Positions 1 through 8,843 of a stretch of DNA of 24,000 bases are shown piece after piece. The notes beneath the pieces are model-generated. The model ran no database searches. It worked only from the letters and a program-made list of their open reading frames with translations, and was not told where the DNA came from. The position numbers and the translations under genes are program-made. Source of the DNA: Flavobacteriales bacterium (GTDB lineage: Bacteria; Bacteroidota; Bacteroidia; Flavobacteriales_D; Luteibaculaceae); assembly GCA_047634195.1 (NCBI GenBank), contig JBLIDJ010000022.1, positions 1 to 24,000 on the forward strand, given 5' to 3'. The stretch's first letter is position 1; every line of letters begins with the position of its first letter.

Positions 1-1
1 C

Positions 2-760
2 GGAAGTATATCAGCATTGATTTTAATGAGTGGTTGTGGTATCAACAACAACATTATTTTAAAAACGGGAAGAGGATTCAAGTATGACGACTTGCCTATT
101 TCTGCTCCTCAAGAATACGTTATTTCTCCTGGTGACAACTTATCGTTTCAATTGTATAAAAACAATGGAGCTATGCTAATTGAATCTGGTGCCGGGGGTG
201 CTGGTGGTGGTGCTGCTAGAGCTGGTGCTAATAATGGTAACAATGCTGGTTATTCTGTAAGATATAATGGAAATGTAGAATTACCTTATTTAGGTGATAT
301 AAACTTAACAGGTATGACTGTGAAAGCTGCTGAAGACTCGTTGGAAGTAGCATACAGCAAATATTTCAAAGATATTTTCGCCATTTTACAAGTCACCAAC
401 AAGCGTATTTTCATAAGCCCAGGTGGCGTGGGTGACGCCCAAGTGATTATTTTACCTAACAACACTACTACTTTACTTGAAGCTATTGCTATGGCAGGAG
501 GTATTAATGACCGTGGTAATTCTAAAATCATCAAAGTCATTCGTAAAAAAGGCGATGATATTAAAGTGTATAAAATCAACCTTAGCAACATTGAAGGACT
601 ACATGACGCTGGTTTTATTGTACAAGCCAATGATTTTATCTACGTAGAACCTATGAAACAAGTAGCTAGTGAAACCATTCAAGTAATTACGCCAATCTTG
701 GGTTTAATTTCTACCGCTTTACTAATTTATGCTTTGGCTACCACTAATCCTTTTAACTAG
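2..760 (+). CDS. Polysaccharide export outer-membrane lipoprotein, Wza-like (Poly_export + SLBB); 5' end probably lies outside the window
   Basis: The tracked ORF 17..760 starts at a TTG, but the frame is open back to nt 2. ...SISALILMSGC reads like the end of a lipoprotein signal peptide plus lipobox. Poly_export-like PGDNLSF...NGNVELPYLGDINLTGMTV. SLBB-like IFISPGG...TLLEAIAMAGGI...IVQANDFIYVEP. Hydrophobic C-terminal helix. Confidence 0.8.
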   Translation, partial: GSISALILMSGCGINNNIILKTGRGFKYDDLPISAPQEYVISPGDNLSFQLYKNNGAMLIESGAGGAGGGAARAGANNGNNAGYSVRYNGNVELPYLGDINLTGMTVKAAEDSLEVAYSKYFKDIFAILQVTNKRIFISPGGVGDAQVIILPNNTTTLLEAIAMAGGINDRGNSKIIKVIRKKGDDIKVYKINLSNIEGLHDAGFIVQANDFIYVEPMKQVASETIQVITPILGLISTALLIYALATTNPFN

Positions 761-792
761 GGTCTAATAAAAAACACTTATAGGATTGTTAT

Positions 793-2265
793 TCAGTTAT
801 TTATAGCTTTTTCAGTAGACCCTAAATACCTTGTGCTAACAACATATAAGCCTACAGAAGTAATCAATCCGTTTAAAACCAACAATTCGTAGCTAAACAC
901 ATAACCAAAAGTGTGCGCTATGAACGTGGAAATAAAATAACTTGCAATAGGTGCCGCTATGCAAACTAGTGGCACTAGTGCATCTTTTGGTTTCCATTTG
1001 GTGAACATTCCCACAGCATACAGACCTAACAACGGCCCGTAACTGTATGAAGCTACAGTCAATAGTTCGGATATTACATTTTTGTTTGTCAATCGGTTAA
1101 AAACAACCATGACTATAAACAACATCACAGACATGCCAATGTGCACCCACTTTTTCCGATTCGCTAAATGTTTCTCGCCTTTTTTGTGCGCTCCTAATAT
1201 ATCGTAACAAAAAGAAGTGGTAAGAGCTGTCAGCGCAGAATCGGCACTTGAATATGCTGCAGCTATTAATCCTAAAATAAACAACACCCCTACACCTTTT
1301 CCTAAACCAGATTGTAACGCAATCAATGGATACAACTGGTCTGTTTTTTCAGGAATGTTTAATCCTTTTGCTTGAGCATACAAAAAGAGTAAAGCGCCTA
1401 AACATAAAAAAACCAAGTTGACCACTACCAATACAGTACTGAACGAAATCATGTTCCATTTTGCTTCTTTAATATTTTTGCAACTCAGATTTTTTTGCAT
1501 CATGTCTTGATCGAGACCTGTCATACATATAGCAATAAAAATTCCACCAATAAATTGTTTGATAAAATGGCCTTTTTCAAGAATGGAATTTGTGTTAATC
1601 ATATGAGCATACGACGATGAAGAAACTTCTGAAATCATGGTAGCAAAACTCCAGTCGAGCTCACGGCAAATGAGTACAATGGTAAAACCAACAGCTAAAA
1701 GCATAAAGAGCGTTTGTAAAGTGTCGGTCCAAATAATAGTTTTTATACCTCCTTTGTGTGTGTAAATCCAAATAAACAAAATGGACAAGAATACTGTGAA
1801 TTCAAACGAAATACCCCAGTCCCCTAACACAAATGTTTGTAGTACACTGGCTACTAAATAAAGCCTAAAACTAGCCCCAAGTATGCGCGAAATAAGAAAA
1901 AATATAGCACCAGTTTTGTACGAATAATTACCAAATCGATCGGCTAAATATTGATAAATGGATGTCAATTGCAAGCGATAATAAAGCGGCATGAGAACCA
2001 AGGCAATAATGAAATAACCAACCAAGTATCCAAAGACTACTTGCATGTATTCGAAATTTCCGCTACCAACGGCTCCAGGGACAGAAATAAAGGTGACTCC
2101 ACTGAGCGATGTTCCTATCATTCCGAAAGCAACGATATACCATTTTGCGTTTTTATCGCCTGAAAAAAAAGATGTGTTACTTGCTTTTTTACCTGTAATA
2201 TGTGCTACAACAAGCAGTAATAAAAAATAAGCGACTATGATGGTTAAAATAAATCCTGAAGACAT
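793..2265 (-). CDS. Sodium:solute symporter (SSF) family transporter
   Basis: Long ORF with many hydrophobic helices and an SSF-like organisation (GMIGTSLSGVTFISVPG, WTDTLQT). I prefer the ATG at 2265 (MSSGFILT...) over the upstream ATG at 2292. The antisense ORFs 1951..2163 and 2045..2230 are shadow ORFs. Confidence 0.8.
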   Translation of the reverse strand: MSSGFILTIIVAYFLLLLVVAHITGKKASNTSFFSGDKNAKWYIVAFGMIGTSLSGVTFISVPGAVGSGNFEYMQVVFGYLVGYFIIALVLMPLYYRLQLTSIYQYLADRFGNYSYKTGAIFFLISRILGASFRLYLVASVLQTFVLGDWGISFEFTVFLSILFIWIYTHKGGIKTIIWTDTLQTLFMLLAVGFTIVLICRELDWSFATMISEVSSSSYAHMINTNSILEKGHFIKQFIGGIFIAICMTGLDQDMMQKNLSCKNIKEAKWNMISFSTVLVVVNLVFLCLGALLFLYAQAKGLNIPEKTDQLYPLIALQSGLGKGVGVLFILGLIAAAYSSADSALTALTTSFCYDILGAHKKGEKHLANRKKWVHIGMSVMLFIVMVVFNRLTNKNVISELLTVASYSYGPLLGLYAVGMFTKWKPKDALVPLVCIAAPIASYFISTFIAHTFGYVFSYELLVLNGLITSVGLYVVSTRYLGSTEKAINN

Positions 2266-2338
2266 GTGTGTAATTTTAGACGAATATAGCACTTGAAGAT
2301 CGATGATGATAATATCAAAGTTTAGTTTTCAAAAAAAT

Positions 2339-2346
2339 TACCTTTG
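2339..2346 (+). promoter_or_regulatory. Candidate Bacteroidota -7 box (TACCTTTG) for recR; implies a near-leaderless transcript
   Basis: Exact match to the TAnnTTTG consensus, ending 5 nt before the recR ATG (2352). No convincing -33 TTG at the expected spacing. Confidence 0.3.
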
Positions 2347-2351
2347 TCGCA

Positions 2352-2966
2352 ATGAATTTACCTTCTAAATTAATTGAAGAAGCTGTTGACCAACTTTCGT
2401 CTATCCCAGGAATCGGACGAAAAACAGCTTTACGACATGTATTGTCACTGTTGCAGCGGAGCAAAGAAGAAATCAATCTCTTCAGCAATTCGTTTGTTCG
2501 ATTGAGAAACGAGATAAAATTTTGCGAGCAATGTGGCAATCTTTCAGACCTTATGCTGTGCTTAATTTGTAGTAATCCCAATCGAAATCATCAACTCATA
2601 TGTGTCGTTGAAGATTTAAGAGATATCATGGCTATTGAATCAACACAGCAATTTCAAGGTGTTTACCACGTTTTGGGAGGTAAAATATCTCCGATGGATG
2701 GCATTGGTCCTAATGATCTTAATTTGACCAAATTGCCAGAAAGGGTAAAAAACAACGAAGCAACAGAAGTAATTTTAGCGCTAAGTGCAACGATGGAAGG
2801 TGACACTACCAGTTTTTATATTTTTAAGAAATTAAAAGAATTCAATATTAAATTGAGCAGTATCGCTCGTGGTGTTGGTATTGGTGATGAGCTTGAATAT
2901 ACCGACGAGATAACCTTAGGCCGCTCCATTGTAAATAGGATTCCTTATGAAAACTCATTGTCATAA
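2352..2966 (+). CDS. recR: Recombination protein RecR
   Basis: 204 aa. N-terminal helix-hairpin-helix IPGIGRKTA, C4 zinc finger CEQCGN...CLIC, Toprim region ICVVEDLRD...EVILALSATMEGD. Confidence 0.95.
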   Translation: MNLPSKLIEEAVDQLSSIPGIGRKTALRHVLSLLQRSKEEINLFSNSFVRLRNEIKFCEQCGNLSDLMLCLICSNPNRNHQLICVVEDLRDIMAIESTQQFQGVYHVLGGKISPMDGIGPNDLNLTKLPERVKNNEATEVILALSATMEGDTTSFYIFKKLKEFNIKLSSIARGVGIGDELEYTDEITLGRSIVNRIPYENSLS

Positions 2967-2969
2967 CGC

Positions 2970-4904
2970 ATGAAATTAGCCGTAATTATTGTCAACTATA
3001 ATGTCAAACATTTTTTAGAACAATGTTTGATATCAACCTTTCAGGCACTTAAACATGTCGATGGTGAAGTGTATGTAGTTGACAACAATTCTGTGGATGG
3101 AAGTGTAGAAATGGTTCGCGAACGTTTTCCTGAAGCTAAGCTTATTGCAAACATAGATAATGCTGGGTTTTCTAAAGCCAACAACCAAGCCATACGTGAC
3201 ACCCAAGCAGAATACGCGTTACTGCTTAACCCCGACACGGTTGTTGAAGAGGATACGTTTAAAAAAGTAGTTGATTTCATGGACACTCATGAAGACGCAG
3301 GTGGGCTGGGTGTAAAAATGATTGACGGAAAAGGTGTCTTTTTACCGGAATCTAAACGAGGTTTACCGACTCCATCGGTAGCCTTCTACAAAATTTTTGG
3401 CTTGTCTAGTTTGTTTCCAAAAAGCAAAACATTTGGCCGTTATCATTTAGGGTTTTTAGACAATGATAAAACCCACGAAATTGAAGTCTTGTCTGGTGCT
3501 TTTATGCTTATGCGTAAGTCTGTATTGGATAAAGTTGGCTTGCTTGACGAAAGTTTTTTCATGTACGGAGAAGACATCGATTTGTCTTACAGAATAACCT
3601 TAGGTGGCTACAAAAACTATTATTACCCTGACACTACGATCATCCATTACAAAGGAGAGAGTACCAAAAAAAGCAGCATTAATTATGTATTTGTTTTTTA
3701 TAGGGCCATGATCATTTTTGCTGAAAAACATTTTTCGCAAAAAAACGCAAAGCTTTTCTCCATTCTCATTAATTCTGCCATATACCTTCGTGCCTCTATA
3801 GCCATCATTTCTCAAACCATAAAAAAACTGTGGCTGTATGTGTTCGATTATGTGCTCCTATTTGCTGGGCTAAAATTTATAAGCGATCAATATGGAGCCT
3901 ATGCCGACATTCTGTTTGCCCCTGAAATCGTACTGCCAGCTTTACTCATTTACCCCATTATTTGGATAATCACCACCTGGTACAGCGGCGGTTATGACCA
4001 GCCTATGGAAAAAAGAAAATTACTCAAAGGCGTTTTTTCAGGTACCATTATCGTGTTGATTATCTATTCACTTATGCCAGAGACCTTACGGTTTTCAAGG
4101 GCTGTTGTGTTGTTAGGCTCCGTCTTTGGCGTTGGATACTTCTGGGTTAATAGATATGTTTTTTCATGGATATTCGGCAATCAGTTTGTTTGGAAATCAG
4201 CCTTCAAAAAAAGATTTTTGATAGTCGCTGATAATGATGAAAACACCAGAATAACAAAATTACTGAGTCAAACTGATATTCCTGTTCAAAAAATAATTGC
4301 CTGTTACCCAAAAAAAGAATCGTTGCCAAGCGGATTTGTAGGTAACATTTCTCAATGGAACGAACTCTTGCAAGTGCATAAGATAGATGAGGTTATCTTT
4401 TCTTCGAAAGACTTAACACCAAATACCATTATGTCATTAATGGGCAGTACCCGTAAATCAAATGTGGATTTCAAAATTGCACCACCCGAAAGCTTGTATC
4501 TTATAGGAAGCAATAGCATTCACAATGCAGGTGAATTGTATATGGTTGAAGCTACATCTATCAGCCATACCAATAAAAAAAGAAACAAACGTTTATTTGA
4601 TTTAGGTTTTAGTTTAGCACTTATTATTACGAGCCCTGTTGCTATTTGGTTTACAAAAAAACCTTTGGGATTGTTGAAAAATGCTATTCAAGTATTTTTT
4701 GGATTTAAAACATGGATAGGCTTTGATAAAAGCATACAAAACAAACGGAAAGTACCAGCCTTAAGAACGGGCGTATTAACCACATCCATGGGTGTTGAAG
4801 AAGATAAAAAAGAGGCCGTAAATCTATTGTATGCAAAAAATTATAGGGTGAGTACTGACTGGAAGCTCTGTACAAGCTATTTCAAGTACTTGGGAGGGCA
4901 TTGA
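2970..4904 (+). CDS. Family 2 glycosyltransferase fused to a WbaP-like membrane/CoA-binding module and a shortened sugar-transferase tail
   Basis: N-terminal GT2 signature: VIIVNYN, VVDNNSVDGS, NAGFSKANN, LLLNPDT, SGAFMLMRK, FMYGEDIDLSYR. Then about 4 TM helices, then a Rossmann-like segment (RFLIVADNDE...IDEVIFSS...FKIAPP). The tail starts KRLFDLGFSLALIITSPVAIWF at nt 4587. The gene starts 4 nt after the recR stop. Confidence 0.8.
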   Translation: MKLAVIIVNYNVKHFLEQCLISTFQALKHVDGEVYVVDNNSVDGSVEMVRERFPEAKLIANIDNAGFSKANNQAIRDTQAEYALLLNPDTVVEEDTFKKVVDFMDTHEDAGGLGVKMIDGKGVFLPESKRGLPTPSVAFYKIFGLSSLFPKSKTFGRYHLGFLDNDKTHEIEVLSGAFMLMRKSVLDKVGLLDESFFMYGEDIDLSYRITLGGYKNYYYPDTTIIHYKGESTKKSSINYVFVFYRAMIIFAEKHFSQKNAKLFSILINSAIYLRASIAIISQTIKKLWLYVFDYVLLFAGLKFISDQYGAYADILFAPEIVLPALLIYPIIWIITTWYSGGYDQPMEKRKLLKGVFSGTIIVLIIYSLMPETLRFSRAVVLLGSVFGVGYFWVNRYVFSWIFGNQFVWKSAFKKRFLIVADNDENTRITKLLSQTDIPVQKIIACYPKKESLPSGFVGNISQWNELLQVHKIDEVIFSSKDLTPNTIMSLMGSTRKSNVDFKIAPPESLYLIGSNSIHNAGELYMVEATSISHTNKKRNKRLFDLGFSLALIITSPVAIWFTKKPLGLLKNAIQVFFGFKTWIGFDKSIQNKRKVPALRTGVLTTSMGVEEDKKEAVNLLYAKNYRVSTDWKLCTSYFKYLGGH

Positions 4905-4920
4905 AAACCGCTTAAACTGC

Positions 4921-4951
4921 CTTGTGCAAACCAATAAAAAAGCTATTTTTG
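4921..4951 (+). promoter_or_regulatory. Candidate Bacteroidota sigma-A promoter (-33 TTG, -7 TATTTTTG) for the E2 gene
   Basis: TTG at 4922-4924 and TATTTTTG at 4944-4951 (a TAnnTTTG match) with a 19-nt spacer. The ATG at 4988 begins 36 nt after the end of the -7 box. Confidence 0.4.
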
Positions 4952-4987
4952 TACCAATTTTCAAAGCAAATTATTTAGAAGCAAGGC

Positions 4988-6289
4988 ATGGCGCAAATTG
5001 AGATACTACTACCTAAAATGGGAGAGAGTGTTGCTGAAGCAACCATTATCAAATGGAATGTTGAAGAAGGTGAATCCATTGAAGCAGATGATGCAATAGT
5101 AGAAATAGCTACCGACAAGGTCGATTCAGAGGTACCATCTCCTGAAGATGGTGTCTTAATTAAAAAATTGTGTAACGACGGCGACGTCGTTCAAGTTGGT
5201 CAAGCAATTGCAATAATTGAAACTGCTGGCGAAGGAAGTGCTCCTGCACCTGTAGCAAAATCAGCACCTGCTGAATCAGCTAAGCAAGACGTAAAATCTG
5301 ATGTTGCTCCTGAGCCAACTACCATTGAAAAAAGAAGCGAATCAGGGAAATTCTATTCTCCTTTAGTAAGAAGCATTGCTAAAGAAGAAGGCGTTGTTAT
5401 GAATGAGCTTGACGGCATTGCAGGGTCAGGTCAAGAAGGAAGAGTAACCAAGCAAGATTTACTGGATTATCTAGCAAACGGTCGTAAAGGTCAAGCACCT
5501 GTAGCTTCTAACAATGCTGCTCCAGCAACCGTTGCAAAGAAAGCTCCAGCTGCAAGCGCACCATCAACATCAGTAAGCGGATCAGACGAAATAGTACAAA
5601 TGGATCGTATGCGAAAACTGATTGCTGACCATATGGTCAATTCAGTGAAAGTTGCACCACACGTAACTTCTTTTGTGGAGGCAGATGTAACAAATCTTGT
5701 CCTTTGGAGAGAGAAAATTAAAGCTAAATTTCAACAAAAAGAAGGTGAGAAATTAACATTCACACCCATATTTATAGAAGCTGTTGCGAAAGCAATTAGA
5801 GATTTCCCAAATATTAATTGTTCAATTGATGGAGACAACATCATCCTAAAAAAGAACATCAATATTGGAATGGCTGCTGCCTTGCCTTCAGGAAATTTAA
5901 TTGTACCTGTTATTAAAAATGCAGATCAATTAAACCTTGTTGGATTAGCAAAAGCAGTGAATAGCCTTGCTAATAGAGCAAGAAACAATCAGTTAAAGCC
6001 TGATGACATTCAAGGGGGGACATACACACTAACCAATGTTGGTTCGTTTGGAAACGTAATGGGGACACCTATTATTAACCAACCTCAAGTAGCTATTTTG
6101 GCCGTTGGAGATATTAGAAAAAAACCAGCTGTTATAGAAACACCACAAGGAGACACCATAGGTATTAGACACATGATGTTTTTATCTCACTCATATGACC
6201 ACAGAGTTGTTGATGGTGCTTTAGGTGGAATGTTTGTTAAACGAGTTGCTAAATATTTAGAAGAATTTGATATTAACCGCGAAATTTAA
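4988..6289 (+). CDS. 2-oxoacid dehydrogenase complex E2 component (dihydrolipoyllysine-residue acyltransferase)
   Basis: Lipoyl domain with EIATDKVDSEVPSP, Ala/Pro-rich linkers, E3-binding segment SPLVRSIAKEEGV, catalytic domain with SHSYDHRVVDGA. No E1 or E3 gene is adjacent, so substrate specificity is not assigned. Confidence 0.9.
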   Translation: MAQIEILLPKMGESVAEATIIKWNVEEGESIEADDAIVEIATDKVDSEVPSPEDGVLIKKLCNDGDVVQVGQAIAIIETAGEGSAPAPVAKSAPAESAKQDVKSDVAPEPTTIEKRSESGKFYSPLVRSIAKEEGVVMNELDGIAGSGQEGRVTKQDLLDYLANGRKGQAPVASNNAAPATVAKKAPAASAPSTSVSGSDEIVQMDRMRKLIADHMVNSVKVAPHVTSFVEADVTNLVLWREKIKAKFQQKEGEKLTFTPIFIEAVAKAIRDFPNINCSIDGDNIILKKNINIGMAAALPSGNLIVPVIKNADQLNLVGLAKAVNSLANRARNNQLKPDDIQGGTYTLTNVGSFGNVMGTPIINQPQVAILAVGDIRKKPAVIETPQGDTIGIRHMMFLSHSYDHRVVDGALGGMFVKRVAKYLEEFDINREI

Positions 6290-6322
6290 TTTTTGCGTTT
6301 TTGCTAATACATAAGAACTGCT

Positions 6323-8692
6323 ATGCGTATAATCTGTTTAATTGCACTTTTGTTTTCACTACATATTGGTAGTGTTACGGCTCAAGAATCTCCTTCTGAT
6401 AAAGTAGAAGTTGAAAAGGGCAGTAAAAAGAAAAGAGAGAAAAAGTCGAAGGACAAAAAATCAAAAAAGAAAAGTAAAAAGAGAGGTAAAGATAAAGAAT
6501 TTGATATTGATGATCTAATCAATAACGATTACCCAAGTACTTTAGCTCCTGCTACAGACTCTTCTTTCTCAATTAAATTTGATGAAGGCGAAAAAAGGGA
6601 CGCCCCAAAAGGAGAAATTGATTTTGACGATTTGGACAAAAAAACCACCGAAGAAAATTTTGGTAACCCTGATACAAGTAACTTTTTTACTGGAGATTTA
6701 AGCTTAGAAGAACGTAGGAAATACGACGATGAAAAACGTAGAGCTCCAATACCTGATAAAATCCCTAAAATTAACAGAACAGAATTTCTTAAAGGGGAAA
6801 ATGCATTCAAAAAACAAGAATATGATGAGGCTCTCAACTCTTATTTAGTTGCGGCTAAACCATACCACACAGGTAATGCCAGCCTTAATTATCATATTGG
6901 TCGTAGTTATCTAAATTCTAGGTTAGAAGATAGAACTAAGGCCGTATTGCATTTTCAAAAAGCAATTAAAAACACCCATAAAAAAGCAAAATCTTTTAAA
7001 TTCAATGAGGATCGTGCTCCACTGGATGCTTATTTCTATCTAGCGAAAGCTTATCAATTAGATTATCGTTTGGAAGAGGCAAATAGAATGTTTCGATATT
7101 ATAAAGAAATCAGTAGTCCTAAAGACCCGCTTCACAAAGAAGTTGAACGAGAAATAGCTCGCTGCACTGCTACACGTTATTTGATAAAAAACCCTAAGAA
7201 CTATACCATCAAACCTTTGGCTGGATTGAATTCTGCAGAAGACGAATATGCTCCGAGATTGACTACCGATGGACAAATGATGTATTTTACTTCAGTCCGT
7301 GAACGTGCCGATTTTTCAAATTCTAACATTATCAATAAAAGTACTGGTTATCACTATGAAGACATGTACAGTGTAAACGCCATGTCTGTTGGTGAATTTT
7401 CAAACGCTAAACTCCTAGAACTTAACACCAATGAAAACGAAAGTGTTATCGGTATTTCAACCGAAGGTGATCGTTTGTTTTTAAACAAGGGGGAATCAAT
7501 GTTACGTAAGATTTTTGTGAGCGAAAATGTTGATGGCATTAGAATGATTCCTGAATTATTAGATCCTGTACTTAAAACAATCAATTGGAGAGTTGATGCT
7601 TATATCAACCCTGATGCAACAGTCATTGTCTATGCAGCTACTTATCAGCAACAAAAAGACATCTACATGATTCAGAAAGATGAGTATGATACCTGGGGTA
7701 AACCTAAACGCTTACCTGAAAGCATTAACTCACCTGAGTCTGAAGAAACACCTTTTATTACCAACGATGGCAACAGAATTTATTTTAGTTCAAAAGGCCA
7801 TAGTTCTATGGGTGGCTTTGACATTTTTTATTCTGACAAAACACAAAATGGATGGAGTACTCCCGTAAATATGGGGTATCCTTTAAATTCTGTGTTAGAC
7901 GAATTGCACTTTGTGTTAAGCAACGACGATCAAATTGGCTATTTCTCTTCTAACCAAACTGCTGGCCAAGGTGGTTTAGATTTATACATTGTAGATTTAT
8001 TAGGTGTAAACTTCCAAGAAGAGGCAATGCCTGTAGAGGAATTCACAAGCTCGTCTTACGACTTTTCTAGTGTATCTGTGCTTGAATTATCTAACTTGTT
8101 GACTGGTAAAAAAATAATATACCAGCCTAATTCTGATGACTACGGGTTCGAGAAATTGCTAGACCCTTGTACCAAATATGAAGTGAGTTATATTGTACGT
8201 GGAAGAACCATGCGCAAAGAAGAAATATTTGCGCCATGTGGTTTGCAAGAAGCAGTAGCTCGTAAAAAACTAGGTACTAGAATTATGGATGATTACATCA
8301 TTTTATCTTCAGACACCTTGCCTGCCGACATACCTACTTCCTTGTTTGATGAAGCTGAGGCTGCGACCGAAGCAGAATTATGGGCTGAAGACGAAGTACA
8401 AGGCGAGTTGACATATCACTTTCAAATTGTTGTCAACAATGAATCTTATGCCCCTAGAGAATCTTATGTTTCTTACATGAACAAGAAAGGAAAAGAATTG
8501 TTTAAAGAACTGATTGATCCTAATGGCAAGTTTACTTATCACAAACTTTCTGGTAAAGGAAAATATATTTTTGAACTTAGTTCTCCAGGCTTAGCCTTTG
8601 TATGCGATCAAATAAGAATCGTGCTTATTGACTCAAACGACGAAGAAGTAATTAGCAATAGATACGCTGTAAAATGCAATATTGAGCAATAA
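6323..8692 (+). CDS. Secreted TPR + PD40 (TolB-like beta-propeller repeat) protein with a Lys-rich N-terminal tract
   Basis: Signal peptide MRIICLIALLFSLHIGSVTAQ. K/R-rich tract. TPR-like helices (AFKKQEYDEALNSY, YFYLAKAYQLDYRLEEAN). PD40-like repeats (EYAPRLTTDGQMMYFTS, ETPFITNDGNRIYFSS...GGFDIFYS, GYFSSNQTAGQGGLDLYIV). Confidence 0.6.
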   Translation: MRIICLIALLFSLHIGSVTAQESPSDKVEVEKGSKKKREKKSKDKKSKKKSKKRGKDKEFDIDDLINNDYPSTLAPATDSSFSIKFDEGEKRDAPKGEIDFDDLDKKTTEENFGNPDTSNFFTGDLSLEERRKYDDEKRRAPIPDKIPKINRTEFLKGENAFKKQEYDEALNSYLVAAKPYHTGNASLNYHIGRSYLNSRLEDRTKAVLHFQKAIKNTHKKAKSFKFNEDRAPLDAYFYLAKAYQLDYRLEEANRMFRYYKEISSPKDPLHKEVEREIARCTATRYLIKNPKNYTIKPLAGLNSAEDEYAPRLTTDGQMMYFTSVRERADFSNSNIINKSTGYHYEDMYSVNAMSVGEFSNAKLLELNTNENESVIGISTEGDRLFLNKGESMLRKIFVSENVDGIRMIPELLDPVLKTINWRVDAYINPDATVIVYAATYQQQKDIYMIQKDEYDTWGKPKRLPESINSPESEETPFITNDGNRIYFSSKGHSSMGGFDIFYSDKTQNGWSTPVNMGYPLNSVLDELHFVLSNDDQIGYFSSNQTAGQGGLDLYIVDLLGVNFQEEAMPVEEFTSSSYDFSSVSVLELSNLLTGKKIIYQPNSDDYGFEKLLDPCTKYEVSYIVRGRTMRKEEIFAPCGLQEAVARKKLGTRIMDDYIILSSDTLPADIPTSLFDEAEAATEAELWAEDEVQGELTYHFQIVVNNESYAPRESYVSYMNKKGKELFKELIDPNGKFTYHKLSGKGKYIFELSSPGLAFVCDQIRIVLIDSNDEEVISNRYAVKCNIEQ

Positions 8693-8714
8693 ACTTATTT
8701 GTTCTATCTCTTTA

Positions 8715-8746
8715 AAGACCTAAGCATTGCTTAGGTCTTTTTTTTT
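8715..8746 (+). terminator. Rho-independent terminator of the 789-aa gene
   Basis: AAGACCTAAGC-ATT-GCTTAGGTCTT perfect 11-bp stem followed by a T-run. Confidence 0.8.
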
Positions 8747-8787
8747 GTATCAAACCCAATTAGCTAACTTGCTATTCAAGTGCCCGG

Positions 8788-8810
8788 AAAAAACACCTTA
8801 AAAGAGGTGT
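8788..8810 (-). terminator. Probable rho-independent terminator of ispD (minus strand)
   Basis: ACACCT/AGGTGT 6-bp stem with a 5-nt loop. On the minus strand it is followed by TTTTTT. It lies 34 nt after the ispD stop. Confidence 0.5.
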
Positions 8811-8843
8811 GAAGAATAGTATTCTATTATTTTGGTAAATAGC

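Noticed and set aside
286-630. Antisense or overlapping tracked ORFs: 286..630, 1951..2163, 2045..2230, 2315..2581, 3041..3286, 3600..3815, 6529..6837, 7058..7276, 7354..7584, 7680..7868, 9782..9988, 10193..10426, 10439..10624, 12347..12934, 12938..13255, 14331..14522, 15151..15363, 15434..15739, 17456..17710, 17922..18212, 18222..18437, 18614..18817, 22321..22617, 22680..22865.
   Set aside because: Each lies inside or opposite a longer ORF that has clear family motifs. They have no motifs of their own and are typical shadow ORFs of A+T-rich genomes.
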